Origin: a virus
Taxonomy: Duplodnaviria; Caudoviricetes
Length of the DNA: 56,775 nt
Strand: one strand, 5' to 3'
Virus record (IMG/VR): IMGVR_UViG_3300015360_000005
Location: 1-56,775 of that record
Positions within the stretch are counted from its first letter, which is position 1. The number at the start of each line of letters is the position of its first letter. This document shows, in pieces, positions 46,456 through 55,465 of the stretch. The notes below the pieces were generated by a model that did no database searches, was not told where the DNA came from, and saw only the letters and a list, made by a program, of their open reading frames with translations. Both the position numbers and the translations under genes were made by a program.

Positions 46456-47372
46456 AGCTCCTAGTACACAAGTCCGAGCTGAGCAAGATCACCATACACC
46501 ACTACAACGCTATCCGGGAAGCGTTGCCGGACTTGGAGTGCATTGTGTTCAAAGAGGCGGATGAGATTCCGTCGCTCAAGGACGAAGAGGTATTCAAGAT
46601 TGGTAACAGTATGTTCCTTGGCAGCGAGATCTTCGATGCGCTGAAAGAACGTCTGCAAGAGTGCAATCGCGCGGTCCTGATCACAGACGACTACACCACA
46701 CCTCCTCCAACACAGGTCCGGCAGGGTATAGCAGGTAAGGACAACGTGATGCTCACCACATGTCCCAACATATATGATCATGTGAACCACAAGACAGTCT
46801 GGTCGTCGTGGATTCGCAATGTGATCTATGTGAATTGGAACCTCGCTACGTGGCACCCTCAACCGCTGCGAGAGCCGGAGCTAATCGGTAAGCTGTTCTA
46901 CTACGGTGCTTTCAGAGAGGGAAGAGTACCTTACTTTGAGAAGTACCTTAACAATCCTTACACAGTTATCTCGACTACGCCGAAGGGTGAAGATAAGCTT
47001 GAAGAGTACTGCTACGACTCAGTCTTCACGCAGCGAATTCAAACAACTGATTTGTGGAAGGCATCCATGACCGTCTACATGGAGGACATTGGAAGCCATA
47101 AGATCTACTCGTCGCCTGCAAATAGGTTCTGGGAGTGCCTTAGTAATGGTGTCGCAATGCTTATCGATCGCAATGCTGTTCACACCTTGCAGGAGTTCGG
47201 TCTCGATGTTCCCGACCGTTGGATCGTTGATACAACGGCGGAAGTTGAAAGTCAGTTGGCGAATTGGAAAGCAATACGTGAAGAGCAGCGGGAGCTCTGG
47301 CAAGCAGACTATCGTGGTCAGCTGATCGAGCAAATCAAAGAGGCGTTCAGACTAATCAAAGAGGAGTGCTAG
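46452..47372 (+). CDS. GT-B glycosyltransferase resembling T4 beta-glucosyltransferase
   Basis: YYGAFREGR and ANRFWECLSNGVAMLID resemble, as I recall them, BGT YGGSFRSG and RVWETMASDAVMLID. Confidence 0.62.
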   Translation: MKLLVHKSELSKITIHHYNAIREALPDLECIVFKEADEIPSLKDEEVFKIGNSMFLGSEIFDALKERLQECNRAVLITDDYTTPPPTQVRQGIAGKDNVMLTTCPNIYDHVNHKTVWSSWIRNVIYVNWNLATWHPQPLREPELIGKLFYYGAFREGRVPYFEKYLNNPYTVISTTPKGEDKLEEYCYDSVFTQRIQTTDLWKASMTVYMEDIGSHKIYSSPANRFWECLSNGVAMLIDRNAVHTLQEFGLDVPDRWIVDTTAEVESQLANWKAIREEQRELWQADYRGQLIEQIKEAFRLIKEEC

Positions 47373-49571
47373 ATGAGAATACGCAAGCGCGACGGGAGCA
47401 TTCAACAGTTCGATCCGCGAAAGATCAGGCGCGCGATCCTAATGGCCTTTGCGGAGGTCCATCCAGGTAAGCCAGTTGAGATGAGCCCTCTCGAGTCGTC
47501 CGTCTTAGCATTCCTCGACGGCCGCGAAGTGGACAGTGACATCTTCGACATTGAAACCATCCAAGACGTCGTTGAGCAGGTTCTAATGGCTCACCAATTC
47601 TTGGACGTCGCAAATGCGTATGTCATCTACCGTCACGAAAGAGCGAAGCTACGTGCGTCGCGGCAGAAGCCCGACGACAATGCTCCGGCGGACTATATCC
47701 ATCTTGCCAAGTATGCCAAGTATAGGCACGAATGGAAGCGGCGAGAAGTATACGCTGAGACCGTGAACCGTGTGAAGGACATGCATCTTAAGAGATGGCC
47801 GGAGCTGTCCACACAGATCGAAGACGCGTTCGGCTATGTGTATGACAAGAAGGTGCTGCCTTCTATGCGGTCTATGCAGTTCGCAGGAGCCGCTACGATA
47901 GCACACAATGCTAGGATGTATAACTGTGCATTCACCCTTATCGATCGTGTGCGATCGTTCCAAGAGACTCTCTACCTTTTATTGTGCGGATGTGGCGTAG
48001 GGTTCAGCGTACAATGGCAACACGTTGACAAGCTCCCGCGTCTCGGTCGCGTCAACGAGAAGTCTGTTGTCCACTACACCATCCCGGACACCATTGAAGG
48101 ATGGGCTGACGCTGTCGGCATGCTCTTCGATTCATACGTCAACGGTTATTGTGTTGAGTTCAGTTACCATTTGATTCGCCCAGAGGGATCGCCGCTCAAA
48201 ACGAGCGGAGGTCTGGCTCCTGGACACTTGCCGCTCAAGCTCGCGTTAGAGGCGATTCGTAATGTCTTACACGTTGCTCAGGGTCGCAAGCTGAGACCGA
48301 TTGAGTGCCACGACATCGTCTGCTTCTGTGCTGAAGCGGTCCTTGCAGGAGGCATTCGTCGGTCTAGCCTTATTAGTATCTTCAGTCCCGAAGACACAGA
48401 GATGGTCTACGCGAAGTCTCATGGTGTCTTCGAACCGAACAAGCTCAACGCTCAACGTGAGATGGCAAACAACTCCGCTACCTTCCTACGCAGCAAGGTG
48501 GATCGCGCGTCGTTCGACAGGGTCATCCGAGTCGCACAAGAAAACTTTGGCGATCCGGGCTTCTACTTCACAGACAATCTCGACTACGGAACCAATCCGT
48601 GCGGAGAGATCGGCCTCAACCCTACGATAGACGGTAAGACAGGATTCAGCTTCTGTAATCTCACCATTGTCAACGCGGCAACGGTCAAGGATGAGAGCGA
48701 CCTGATAGAGCGTATGCGTGCCGCTGCGTTCATTGGAACCTTGCAGGCTTCCTATACCGATCTGGAATATCTTGGTGGGACTACCATTAGGATCGCACAA
48801 CGTGATGCGCTCATTGGCGTGTCTATGTCCGGCATGATGGACAACCCTGCAATCGCATTCAACCCTGAGCTCCAACGTAAGGCAGCACGCACGGTCTTGC
48901 ATGAGAACGTTGTGACCGCTATGCAGATCGGTATCAACGCGTGCGAACGTGCTACTACTGTAAAGCCCGACGGCACATGCGCATGGGAGCTAGGTGGGAT
49001 AGGTAGCGGCATTCACCCGCGACATGCGCGTAGGTTCTTCCGCCGCTTTACAGCTAATCCGTTGGAGCCCGTCGCGCAATACTTTCGGAAATACAATCCA
49101 CACATGGTAGATGTAAAACCTAATGGGGACCTCTCTATTGTGTTCCCTATCGAGATCGCATCGGACGCCATGACCGTGAAGGACATGCCTGCACTGGACT
49201 TTATTGAGAGGGTGATGTCCACGTACGACAACTGGATTGTTCCAGGCACTGTGTCCATGCACAGTCCGGGCCTCACGCACAACGTGTCTTGCACTGTAAC
49301 GGTCAAGGATGACGAGATGCAAAGTGTGCTCGACACAATATGGGACAACAGACATCGCATAACGGCGATGGCCTTCGCACCATATATGTTGGACAAGAAG
49401 TTTCCATACGCACCGAACGAAGCGGTCGAGACTCCGGCCGACGAGGTCAGGTGGAACTATTACATCGTTAATTACAAGCCAGTACCGTGGAGTGAAATGA
49501 AAGAAGAATGGAATGCATCCCTCGCACAGTTAGAGCCAGCGTGCGGAGGAGGCTCGTGTGAGGTCCGATGA
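47373..49571 (+). CDS. nrdJ: Class II (B12-dependent) ribonucleotide reductase with ATP cone
   Basis: KRDG ATP cone, PSMR, NCAF, GCGVGFSV, TNPCGEI, CNL, TTVKPDGT, C-terminal ACGGGSC; no beta-subunit gene seen. Confidence 0.9.
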   Translation: MRIRKRDGSIQQFDPRKIRRAILMAFAEVHPGKPVEMSPLESSVLAFLDGREVDSDIFDIETIQDVVEQVLMAHQFLDVANAYVIYRHERAKLRASRQKPDDNAPADYIHLAKYAKYRHEWKRREVYAETVNRVKDMHLKRWPELSTQIEDAFGYVYDKKVLPSMRSMQFAGAATIAHNARMYNCAFTLIDRVRSFQETLYLLLCGCGVGFSVQWQHVDKLPRLGRVNEKSVVHYTIPDTIEGWADAVGMLFDSYVNGYCVEFSYHLIRPEGSPLKTSGGLAPGHLPLKLALEAIRNVLHVAQGRKLRPIECHDIVCFCAEAVLAGGIRRSSLISIFSPEDTEMVYAKSHGVFEPNKLNAQREMANNSATFLRSKVDRASFDRVIRVAQENFGDPGFYFTDNLDYGTNPCGEIGLNPTIDGKTGFSFCNLTIVNAATVKDESDLIERMRAAAFIGTLQASYTDLEYLGGTTIRIAQRDALIGVSMSGMMDNPAIAFNPELQRKAARTVLHENVVTAMQIGINACERATTVKPDGTCAWELGGIGSGIHPRHARRFFRRFTANPLEPVAQYFRKYNPHMVDVKPNGDLSIVFPIEIASDAMTVKDMPALDFIERVMSTYDNWIVPGTVSMHSPGLTHNVSCTVTVKDDEMQSVLDTIWDNRHRITAMAFAPYMLDKKFPYAPNEAVETPADEVRWNYYIVNYKPVPWSEMKEEWNASLAQLEPACGGGSCEVR

Positions 49572-49623
49572 TGGTGCCTTTACCTTTAGGAGCGCTGTGA
49601 ACCGTCCTAGGAGGGACAATGAA

Positions 49624-50112
49624 ATGAAAACCGAACTTTTCGCAGACTACGGCGCGTTTCTTGCTCGCGCCGATAAAAAGGTTAATGGTACGACGCAAGC
49701 TTTCGCGTTGCAGAACCACATAGATCTGGACCTTGACTCTGGAAACAACGGATGCTGGAATATGTACTCCGGCTGCTCCGGCTGTGCCGACTGCCTCCAC
49801 TGCCTCCGGCTGCTCCGACTGCTCCCGCTGCCTCCACTGCTCCGACTGCTCCCGCTGCTCCCGCTGCCTCCACTGCTCCGGCTGCTCACGCTGCTCTCGC
49901 TGCCTCCACTGCTTCAACTGCTTCAACTGCTCCCGCTGCCTCCACTGCTCCGACTGCACCGACTGCACCGACTGCACCGACTGCTCCCGCTGCCTCCACT
50001 GCTCCGGCTGCTCACGCTGCTCTCGCTGCTCTCGCTGCTTCAACTGCTTCAACTGCTCCGCCGTGAATCAGGTGCTAAAATAGTCCGCGCTGTACAACAC
50101 AAAGGAGGGTGA
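49624..50112 (+). pseudogene. (Cys-x-x)n paralogue B, frameshifted by one extra C near 49804
   Basis: TGC-C-TCC-GGC moves the Cys frame to the ORF ending 50083; the start frame stays open to 50112 as a Leu/Pro/Arg repeat. Confidence 0.65.
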
Positions 50113-50188
50113 CTGATAGACGAACTCACTAGAGAGTGCTTCCGCTCTATTGTACGAGAAGGTGAACCGTCCTAGGAGGGACAATGAA

Positions 50189-50665
50189 ATGAAAACCGAA
50201 CTTTTCGCAGACTATAACGAGTTCCTTGCTCGCCCTGATAAAAAGGTTAATGGTACAACGAAAGATTTCGCGTCGCAGAACCACATAGATCTGGATAATG
50301 ATGTTGGAAACAATGGATGCTGGAATATGTGCTCCGGCTGTGCCTACTGCACCGACTGTGCCGACTGCTTCCACTGCTCCCGCTGCTCCCGCTGCACCGA
50401 CTGCTCCCGCTGCTCCCGCTGTACGGGCTGCACCGACTGCTCTCGCTGCTTCCGCTGCTGGGACTGCTCCGGCTGCTCCGGCTGCACCGACTGCACCGAC
50501 TGCAAAGGCTGCTCCGACTGCACCGACTGCCTCCACTGCCTCCACTGCTCCGACTGCAAAGGCTGCGCCAGTTGCTCCCGCTGCTCCGGCTGCTCCGACT
50601 GCCTCAGCTGCCTCAGCTGCTCCCGCTGCTTCAACTGCTCCGCCGTGAATCGGATGTTAAAATAG
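50189..50665 (+). CDS. (Cys-x-x)n repeat protein, paralogue C
   Basis: AGGAGG RBS, intact Cys frame. Confidence 0.75.
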   Translation: MKTELFADYNEFLARPDKKVNGTTKDFASQNHIDLDNDVGNNGCWNMCSGCAYCTDCADCFHCSRCSRCTDCSRCSRCTGCTDCSRCFRCWDCSGCSGCTDCTDCKGCSDCTDCLHCLHCSDCKGCASCSRCSGCSDCLSCLSCSRCFNCSAVNRMLK

Positions 50666-50693
50666 TCCGTGACAACACAAAGGAGGGTGACTG

Positions 50694-50993
50694 ATGGATG
50701 TCTACGTCTATCAAGACGAACTCACTAGAGAGTTCTTCCGCTCTATTGTACGAGAAGACAAGGCTGCACTCAAGCGGCTCGTTGCTCATGTTCGTGCAAA
50801 GGAAGGAATCATTGGTCAAGCCACATTGACCAAGACCTTTATTATAGGTGTTGCTGATAAGAAGATTGCTATTAACAAAGTAGATCTTCACGACCAGACT
50901 GATTTCTTTGCATTCACGCCGGAGCGTGAGTCACTCAGGCTGGACGGACAGTACTCGTGGAACATGGATTGGGCATGGTTCAAGCATGAATAA
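50694..50993 (+). CDS. Hypothetical protein
   Basis: AGGAGG RBS. Confidence 0.65.
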   Translation: MDVYVYQDELTREFFRSIVREDKAALKRLVAHVRAKEGIIGQATLTKTFIIGVADKKIAINKVDLHDQTDFFAFTPERESLRLDGQYSWNMDWAWFKHE

Positions 50994-51678
50994 TACAGGA
51001 GTTCTTGAGAAGTTCAATCAGTATCAACGCGTCGCGATCAACTTCCCATGCGGTGAACCAAATGAGTCCGTGATGCGTCGCTACAATCATGAGCACAAGC
51101 TTGCAGGTATGAAAGTGTTCTGCGCGTTTACGGTTCACTATCGCAACGGTCGTGCGTATTGGATCTGTGTGTTCGCTGTCCCTCGACCAACAAAGCTCAA
51201 CCGGATGATTCAGTTCCGGCAGATGAACGATGTTAGTGAGGTCCTCAAGACTGCAATCGTTAACTACGCAAACAACACGCTGCTAAAAGGTGTAGGGACC
51301 TGTGAGGACGATACTACAGGGACCGAAGCTCGAGAGATGCTGTATGTCCTGCGTCCATTGTCGGAGCAGGAGTTACGTTATGTTGACCCGCGATGGCTTC
51401 GGGCTATGGAGGAACGATATGCGGTCAAAGTTGCTGCTGATAGTGCTATACCTGCTGACTCAACACGTCCAGTCAGGGGAAGTCCAGAGGGAACCGAAGG
51501 TGCTGTGGGATCGCCTAGTGGAGCAGGCACAAATGAAATCGCGGCTGAAGCCAGCAGAGTACGAGAAGCTCCTAAAGAAGACAAAGGAGCGGATCCAGGA
51601 GCGAGTGAACAACGGGATGAGCCAGACGGCAGCGGAGCTCCAGCTGATCAAGGACTATCTGGCGGACAACGGACCTAA
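50986..51678 (+). CDS. Hypothetical protein
   Basis: ORF; low-complexity C-terminus overlaps the next gene. Confidence 0.55.
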   Translation: MNNTGVLEKFNQYQRVAINFPCGEPNESVMRRYNHEHKLAGMKVFCAFTVHYRNGRAYWICVFAVPRPTKLNRMIQFRQMNDVSEVLKTAIVNYANNTLLKGVGTCEDDTTGTEAREMLYVLRPLSEQELRYVDPRWLRAMEERYAVKVAADSAIPADSTRPVRGSPEGTEGAVGSPSGAGTNEIAAEASRVREAPKEDKGADPGASEQRDEPDGSGAPADQGLSGGQRT

Positions 51679-51844
51679 GTTCGTCTATGGACCGGAAGCG
51701 TGTACCTTGCAGGAGCTCTATATGTTTTGTCATTATGTGCGAGTCCTGCAAGAGTACAAATATGTCTTCGAAGACTGGGAACGCTATCGCCCAGAGGTCT
51801 TCGCATGGTATACATACCTGATGGCATTGGAGGTTACAAAGTGA
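51419..51844 (+). CDS. Hypothetical protein with signal-peptide-like leader
   Basis: GGAGG RBS; MRSKLLLIVLYLL. Confidence 0.6.
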   Translation: MRSKLLLIVLYLLTQHVQSGEVQREPKVLWDRLVEQAQMKSRLKPAEYEKLLKKTKERIQERVNNGMSQTAAELQLIKDYLADNGPKFVYGPEACTLQELYMFCHYVRVLQEYKYVFEDWERYRPEVFAWYTYLMALEVTK

Positions 51845-52455
51845 AGCTCATGATCATTCTCTGCCTTTGTACGTTGGCGAAAGCGGAATCGTTCCAATAC
51901 GAACACAAGCCAGAACAGGACGGTACGAAGTTCATCACCAAAGGAAACTGGTTCCCCATCCGCGACGGATTGATGATGACTTGCGCACACAACGTAGACG
52001 TCAAGAAGGTCCCTCTCAAAGAGATCTTAGTCAACGGAAAGAAAGCAAAAGTCGTCGCGTATGACCGCGAGCTGGACCTTGCCATCTTAAAGTACCCGAC
52101 TTCCGACCCTGTTACCCTAGGCAACAGGCTAACCGTAGGGTCGGAAGTGGTAATACAAGGGGAGCACGGACCTGTAGGAGGGCCAAATACACGTAAGGCA
52201 GTTGTAAGGCAGTTGTATTGGGAGGGAGGTTTTAGGGCTCGGCTAGGCATGGATAAAGTACCGATGGTTAGAGGCCTAAGCGGTGCTCCCGTCTTGGTGG
52301 ATAATAAGGTAGTAGCAGTCGTGTCCGCTGGAGTCGAAGGAAAGGGGAAAACAGAGATAGACCCAGACGTATGTCTGGTCATCCCCATAGAAGTCATACA
52401 GGAGGTCCTAAGGAGGTACGACAATGCCGTATATCAAAAAGAATGTTGTGATTGA
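51841..52455 (+). CDS. Trypsin-like (S1) serine protease with signal peptide
   Basis: TCAHNV, DLAILK and GLSGAPV catalytic triad motifs; hydrophobic leader. Confidence 0.85.
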   Translation: MKLMIILCLCTLAKAESFQYEHKPEQDGTKFITKGNWFPIRDGLMMTCAHNVDVKKVPLKEILVNGKKAKVVAYDRELDLAILKYPTSDPVTLGNRLTVGSEVVIQGEHGPVGGPNTRKAVVRQLYWEGGFRARLGMDKVPMVRGLSGAPVLVDNKVVAVVSAGVEGKGKTEIDPDVCLVIPIEVIQEVLRRYDNAVYQKECCD

Positions 52456-52699
52456 CGATCAGTTGAACTACCTTGTCCGCGAGATTCGTGTTGGACTGGA
52501 GCGAGATCCAAACACAGGAGAGATGAACTACATCATCTCTCGTCTGCTTCAGATTCTTCCATCCAACACGTATTCCAGCTTGGAGTCTAAGATCGGCTTA
52601 CTCGAATGCTGCAAGCTGGAGCTCTACCGTCGCGCGGTCGCACCATACGAAGACATAAAGATCCAAGAGAACGGTGACGTGTATAAGGAGAAGCAATGA
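52424..52699 (+). CDS. Conserved phage protein (MPYI..GE.NY.I..ELYRR..APYED.K..ENGDV family)
   Basis: Recognisable motif pattern, function unknown. Confidence 0.75.
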   Translation: MPYIKKNVVIDDQLNYLVREIRVGLERDPNTGEMNYIISRLLQILPSNTYSSLESKIGLLECCKLELYRRAVAPYEDIKIQENGDVYKEKQ

Positions 52700-53025
52700 A
52701 AATATCATCCTTCACAGTAGAGGACAAAGACCCTTCGCGCGTAGACATCCGGTTCGTCGTCCCTGTGCCCGACTCCGCGCCGATCCTCATGTTCGTTCCC
52801 ATAGTAGGCAAAACAAAGGCCGAGCAGTTAGACCGCCTAGGGGACGTTCTCACCGTGCTGCGAGACAGCGTCGAGGACATCTATAAAGCGTTCGATGAGT
52901 GGGACGGACGTAGCCAAGACTATCACGACGTCGAGCAGAAGGCAAAGGTGTCACAGATAGAGCGAGACATACGTTTAGTTCAGGCTCTCACACAGAAGCT
53001 CGCAGCTCTTAATGCAGGAAAGTGA
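52696..53025 (+). CDS. Hypothetical protein
   Basis: AAGGAG RBS, coupled ORF. Confidence 0.6.
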   Translation: MKISSFTVEDKDPSRVDIRFVVPVPDSAPILMFVPIVGKTKAEQLDRLGDVLTVLRDSVEDIYKAFDEWDGRSQDYHDVEQKAKVSQIERDIRLVQALTQKLAALNAGK

Positions 53026-53417
53026 TGAAGACTGAGAGCGATGTGCAGCGGATGTTCATCAGGGCGTGTGAGAGCTGCAATGGACTAGTGTTGAATATCC
53101 ATGGTCACGCGATGCAGAAATCGGGATGGCCAGACATCTTCGTGTCACATGCACGTCTCGACGGTGGATGCTGGATAGAGTTTAAGAAAGACTCCAATCA
53201 GTGTGACACTAACCAAATGCTCAAACTCGAGAAGTTAAGACATCGAGGGAGTCACGCATTCGTTGCACGCTATTTGAATAGCGATGGATGCCTGTATGCA
53301 GAAGACAGTCGACAGAATTCACTAGGCTTGTATATGGAACTGGACGTACTCAAGGAAAGTGCCTATAACGCTATTGAATTCATTCAGGAAGTGCAACGTT
53401 TGTCGGTGGGTACCTGA
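53022..53417 (+). CDS. VRR-NUC / Holliday-junction resolvase-like nuclease
   Basis: E..VQ, GWPD, WIEFK, Q...L..L...G. Confidence 0.8.
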   Translation: MMKTESDVQRMFIRACESCNGLVLNIHGHAMQKSGWPDIFVSHARLDGGCWIEFKKDSNQCDTNQMLKLEKLRHRGSHAFVARYLNSDGCLYAEDSRQNSLGLYMELDVLKESAYNAIEFIQEVQRLSVGT

Positions 53418-53630
53418 AGGGGCCATACCATTCCTGCAGTCCGTCTGCTTCTAAAACTGAACACACTCATTTATAAATAAAAGGTACTATATATATATAT
53501 ATACTACTACTCGGGATCAATAAGTTAAGTATAAGTAAGTAAGTAGTAAGTAGTTAAAAGTTTTGGATGAGGGTGTTCAGTTTTAAATACAGACGGACTG
53601 CAGGAATGGTATGGTCCCTGAAGGGGCCAT
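53403..53630. repeat. Inverted-repeat element with AT-rich core, copy 2
   Basis: 48-bp IR with 4 mismatches at 53423-53470 and 53567-53614; same core and flanking DR as copy 1. Confidence 0.9.
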
Positions 53631-53664
53631 GTCGATGTACACTCTCTATACAGGGATACAAATA

Positions 53665-54225
53665 ATGAAACCGCAAGATCCATTCGTTCAAGCGAGAATA
53701 ATTAACGAAGACCTCGCACGTGCAGACGCAGCAAAGAAACGCGACGACGAACGCGCGTGTGATTGGGGCGATCCCGATGACGTGTTGTTTTATAAGTCAC
53801 AACGTCAACTCGCCGAGAAGAAAGCATTGTTGTCGAAGCTCGTACCAGATTATAAATGTCCTGAGTGTGCGGGACTTGTAGTAATGTTACGCTCGTGGGT
53901 CATAAGCAAAGACAAGTCACGTGCTTTGTGTAGGTCATGTTTTGACAGGATACGCTGCAACGCGCCAGTGATTACACCTATGGAACTTAACGTAACAGTA
54001 TTTCGTCCCTTAGAGAGATGGGCTTTTGATGCGGATGCATTTGTCACAACGAGACGTGCTGTAAACGTGTCACAGAATGAATTTGCTAGACTTGTAGGCT
54101 GGACGAGATCATATCAACGCAAGCTGGAAGGGGGAACTGTGGTGTCTTGTTCGCGAGAGACACGTGAAACAATTCTAAAAGTGTTCGAAAAGCTGAAGAT
54201 CACTACGAGAGATGGGAATCCGTAA
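53665..54225 (+). CDS. Zinc-ribbon plus XRE-type HTH protein
   Basis: CPEC...CRSC; VSQNEFARLVGWTRSYQRKLEGG. Confidence 0.75.
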   Translation: MKPQDPFVQARIINEDLARADAAKKRDDERACDWGDPDDVLFYKSQRQLAEKKALLSKLVPDYKCPECAGLVVMLRSWVISKDKSRALCRSCFDRIRCNAPVITPMELNVTVFRPLERWAFDADAFVTTRRAVNVSQNEFARLVGWTRSYQRKLEGGTVVSCSRETRETILKVFEKLKITTRDGNP

Positions 54226-54264
54226 CTGCAGGAATGGTATGGTCCCTGAAGGGGCCATGCTCAT
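54225..54264. repeat. Isolated third copy of the element's right end
   Basis: ACTGCAGGAATGGTATGGTCCCTGAAGGGGCCATGCTCAT matches 24633-24672. Confidence 0.9.
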
Positions 54265-54288
54265 GGTCAAGTGATCTTGTGATTCCGC

Positions 54289-54316
54289 TTGTTCTTCCTC
54301 GTTCTTGTGGTATAAT
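54289..54316 (+). promoter_or_regulatory. Extended -10 promoter for the packaging/structural arm
   Basis: TG-G-TATAAT at 54308-54316, TTGTTC 16 bp upstream. Confidence 0.65.
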
Positions 54317-54339
54317 GTTAGAGGGTATCTTAATTAACC

Positions 54340-55038
54340 ATGCAAAAGAAAAAGTTATCCCGCGCGGAAAAGCGATTCGGATATGTAGACGACTATTCTA
54401 AAGACGCGCAAATCGTGGGACAGTCCGCGTTGCGAGGTCCTCCCCCCGCGAACCATCCACGTCAATGTCACTCGCGGTCTAAGGCCTCGGGAAGTCGTTG
54501 TCGTCGGTGGGCATTAAAGGGTAGTGAGTACTGCCAGATCCACGGAGGTCGTCGTTCAGTTGTTAATCCACGCATAGAAGATAAACTAATGGCAGGCTTC
54601 TACTCAAAGCGACTCAGCAAGAAGTTCCGAGATCGTCTCGCAGAGATCGGGGACGATGAAGTATTCAGTCTCGAAGGTGAGGTCCGCATCTCGAAGGACC
54701 TCTGTTGTGAGGCTCTCGCGCTCTACGATAGTATAGTAGTAAACGACTCGTTGAGTGGAAAACCTAATAGAGACGCAATGCAGTCGCTCGCGCATCAAGC
54801 ATTGCGGAACGCTGTTGAGCATGTAACAAAGATCAGCGAGAGTGCTGCAAAGGTCGACACACTACGCAAGGACAGAATCCCTGCGGTGAATATCGAGCTG
54901 ATCGCTGCTCAAGTAACAAAGATCTGCATGACGAACTTAAAAGAGCATCCCGAATTGCTACAAAAGATGTTGAAGGACATCGAGGACATAAAGATACTCG
55001 AGACGTCAGACACGAAAGTAGTGCTCAGCATTTTATGA
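54340..55038 (+). CDS. Putative terminase small subunit (C..C..C..HGG zinc motif)
   Basis: QCHSRSKASGSRC...CQIHGG, GFYSK, SLEGEV; first gene of the arm containing TerL. Confidence 0.65.
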   Translation: MQKKKLSRAEKRFGYVDDYSKDAQIVGQSALRGPPPANHPRQCHSRSKASGSRCRRWALKGSEYCQIHGGRRSVVNPRIEDKLMAGFYSKRLSKKFRDRLAEIGDDEVFSLEGEVRISKDLCCEALALYDSIVVNDSLSGKPNRDAMQSLAHQALRNAVEHVTKISESAAKVDTLRKDRIPAVNIELIAAQVTKICMTNLKEHPELLQKMLKDIEDIKILETSDTKVVLSIL

Positions 55039-55059
55039 CGATAAATTTAGGAGTCTACT

Positions 55060-55440
55060 ATGGCGCTTGACCTCGATCTTCGCAATGTACCGTTCAAGGT
55101 CTTCACCGTTCCGGCTGGTCAGGGACTAAAAGTTGCGCTGCCGCGCGAAGATACGACACTTCGCCATCGTGCGCGCAATGGCGTAGGCGGTGATTCTGCC
55201 ACCACTGACACGCTATTGGTCTATCAGGAAAAAGATCACACCAATGCCAATCCAGCTTTGGCTGGAGACGAAGGCACCCAAGAAACAAAGATCGTCTTGG
55301 AGCCTGGAGACAAGGTCAGCTTCCGTCCCTGGGACTTGACTCAAGGCAACGACGCGGAAAACGAAGTGACGCTGTTCGCTGTGGTCGGTGCAGTCTCCGT
55401 TCAATTCATGCGCGGCGCTCTCGATCAGCGCGGCAAGTAA
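55060..55440 (+). CDS. Hypothetical virion-type protein
   Basis: AGGAG RBS, 126 aa. Confidence 0.65.
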   Translation: MALDLDLRNVPFKVFTVPAGQGLKVALPREDTTLRHRARNGVGGDSATTDTLLVYQEKDHTNANPALAGDEGTQETKIVLEPGDKVSFRPWDLTQGNDAENEVTLFAVVGAVSVQFMRGALDQRGK

Positions 55441-55465
55441 CACTTAATTTCGGAGGAGAAATGAA

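Larger units (their letters stand above)
49598..50755 (+). repeat. Tandem duplication of a ~565-bp Cys-repeat gene unit
   Basis: GTGAACCGTCCTAGGAGGGACAATGAAATGAAAACCGAAC at 49598 and 50162; ACAACACAAAGGAGGGTGACTGAT and GACGAACTCACTAGAGAG follow both copies. Confidence 0.9.
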
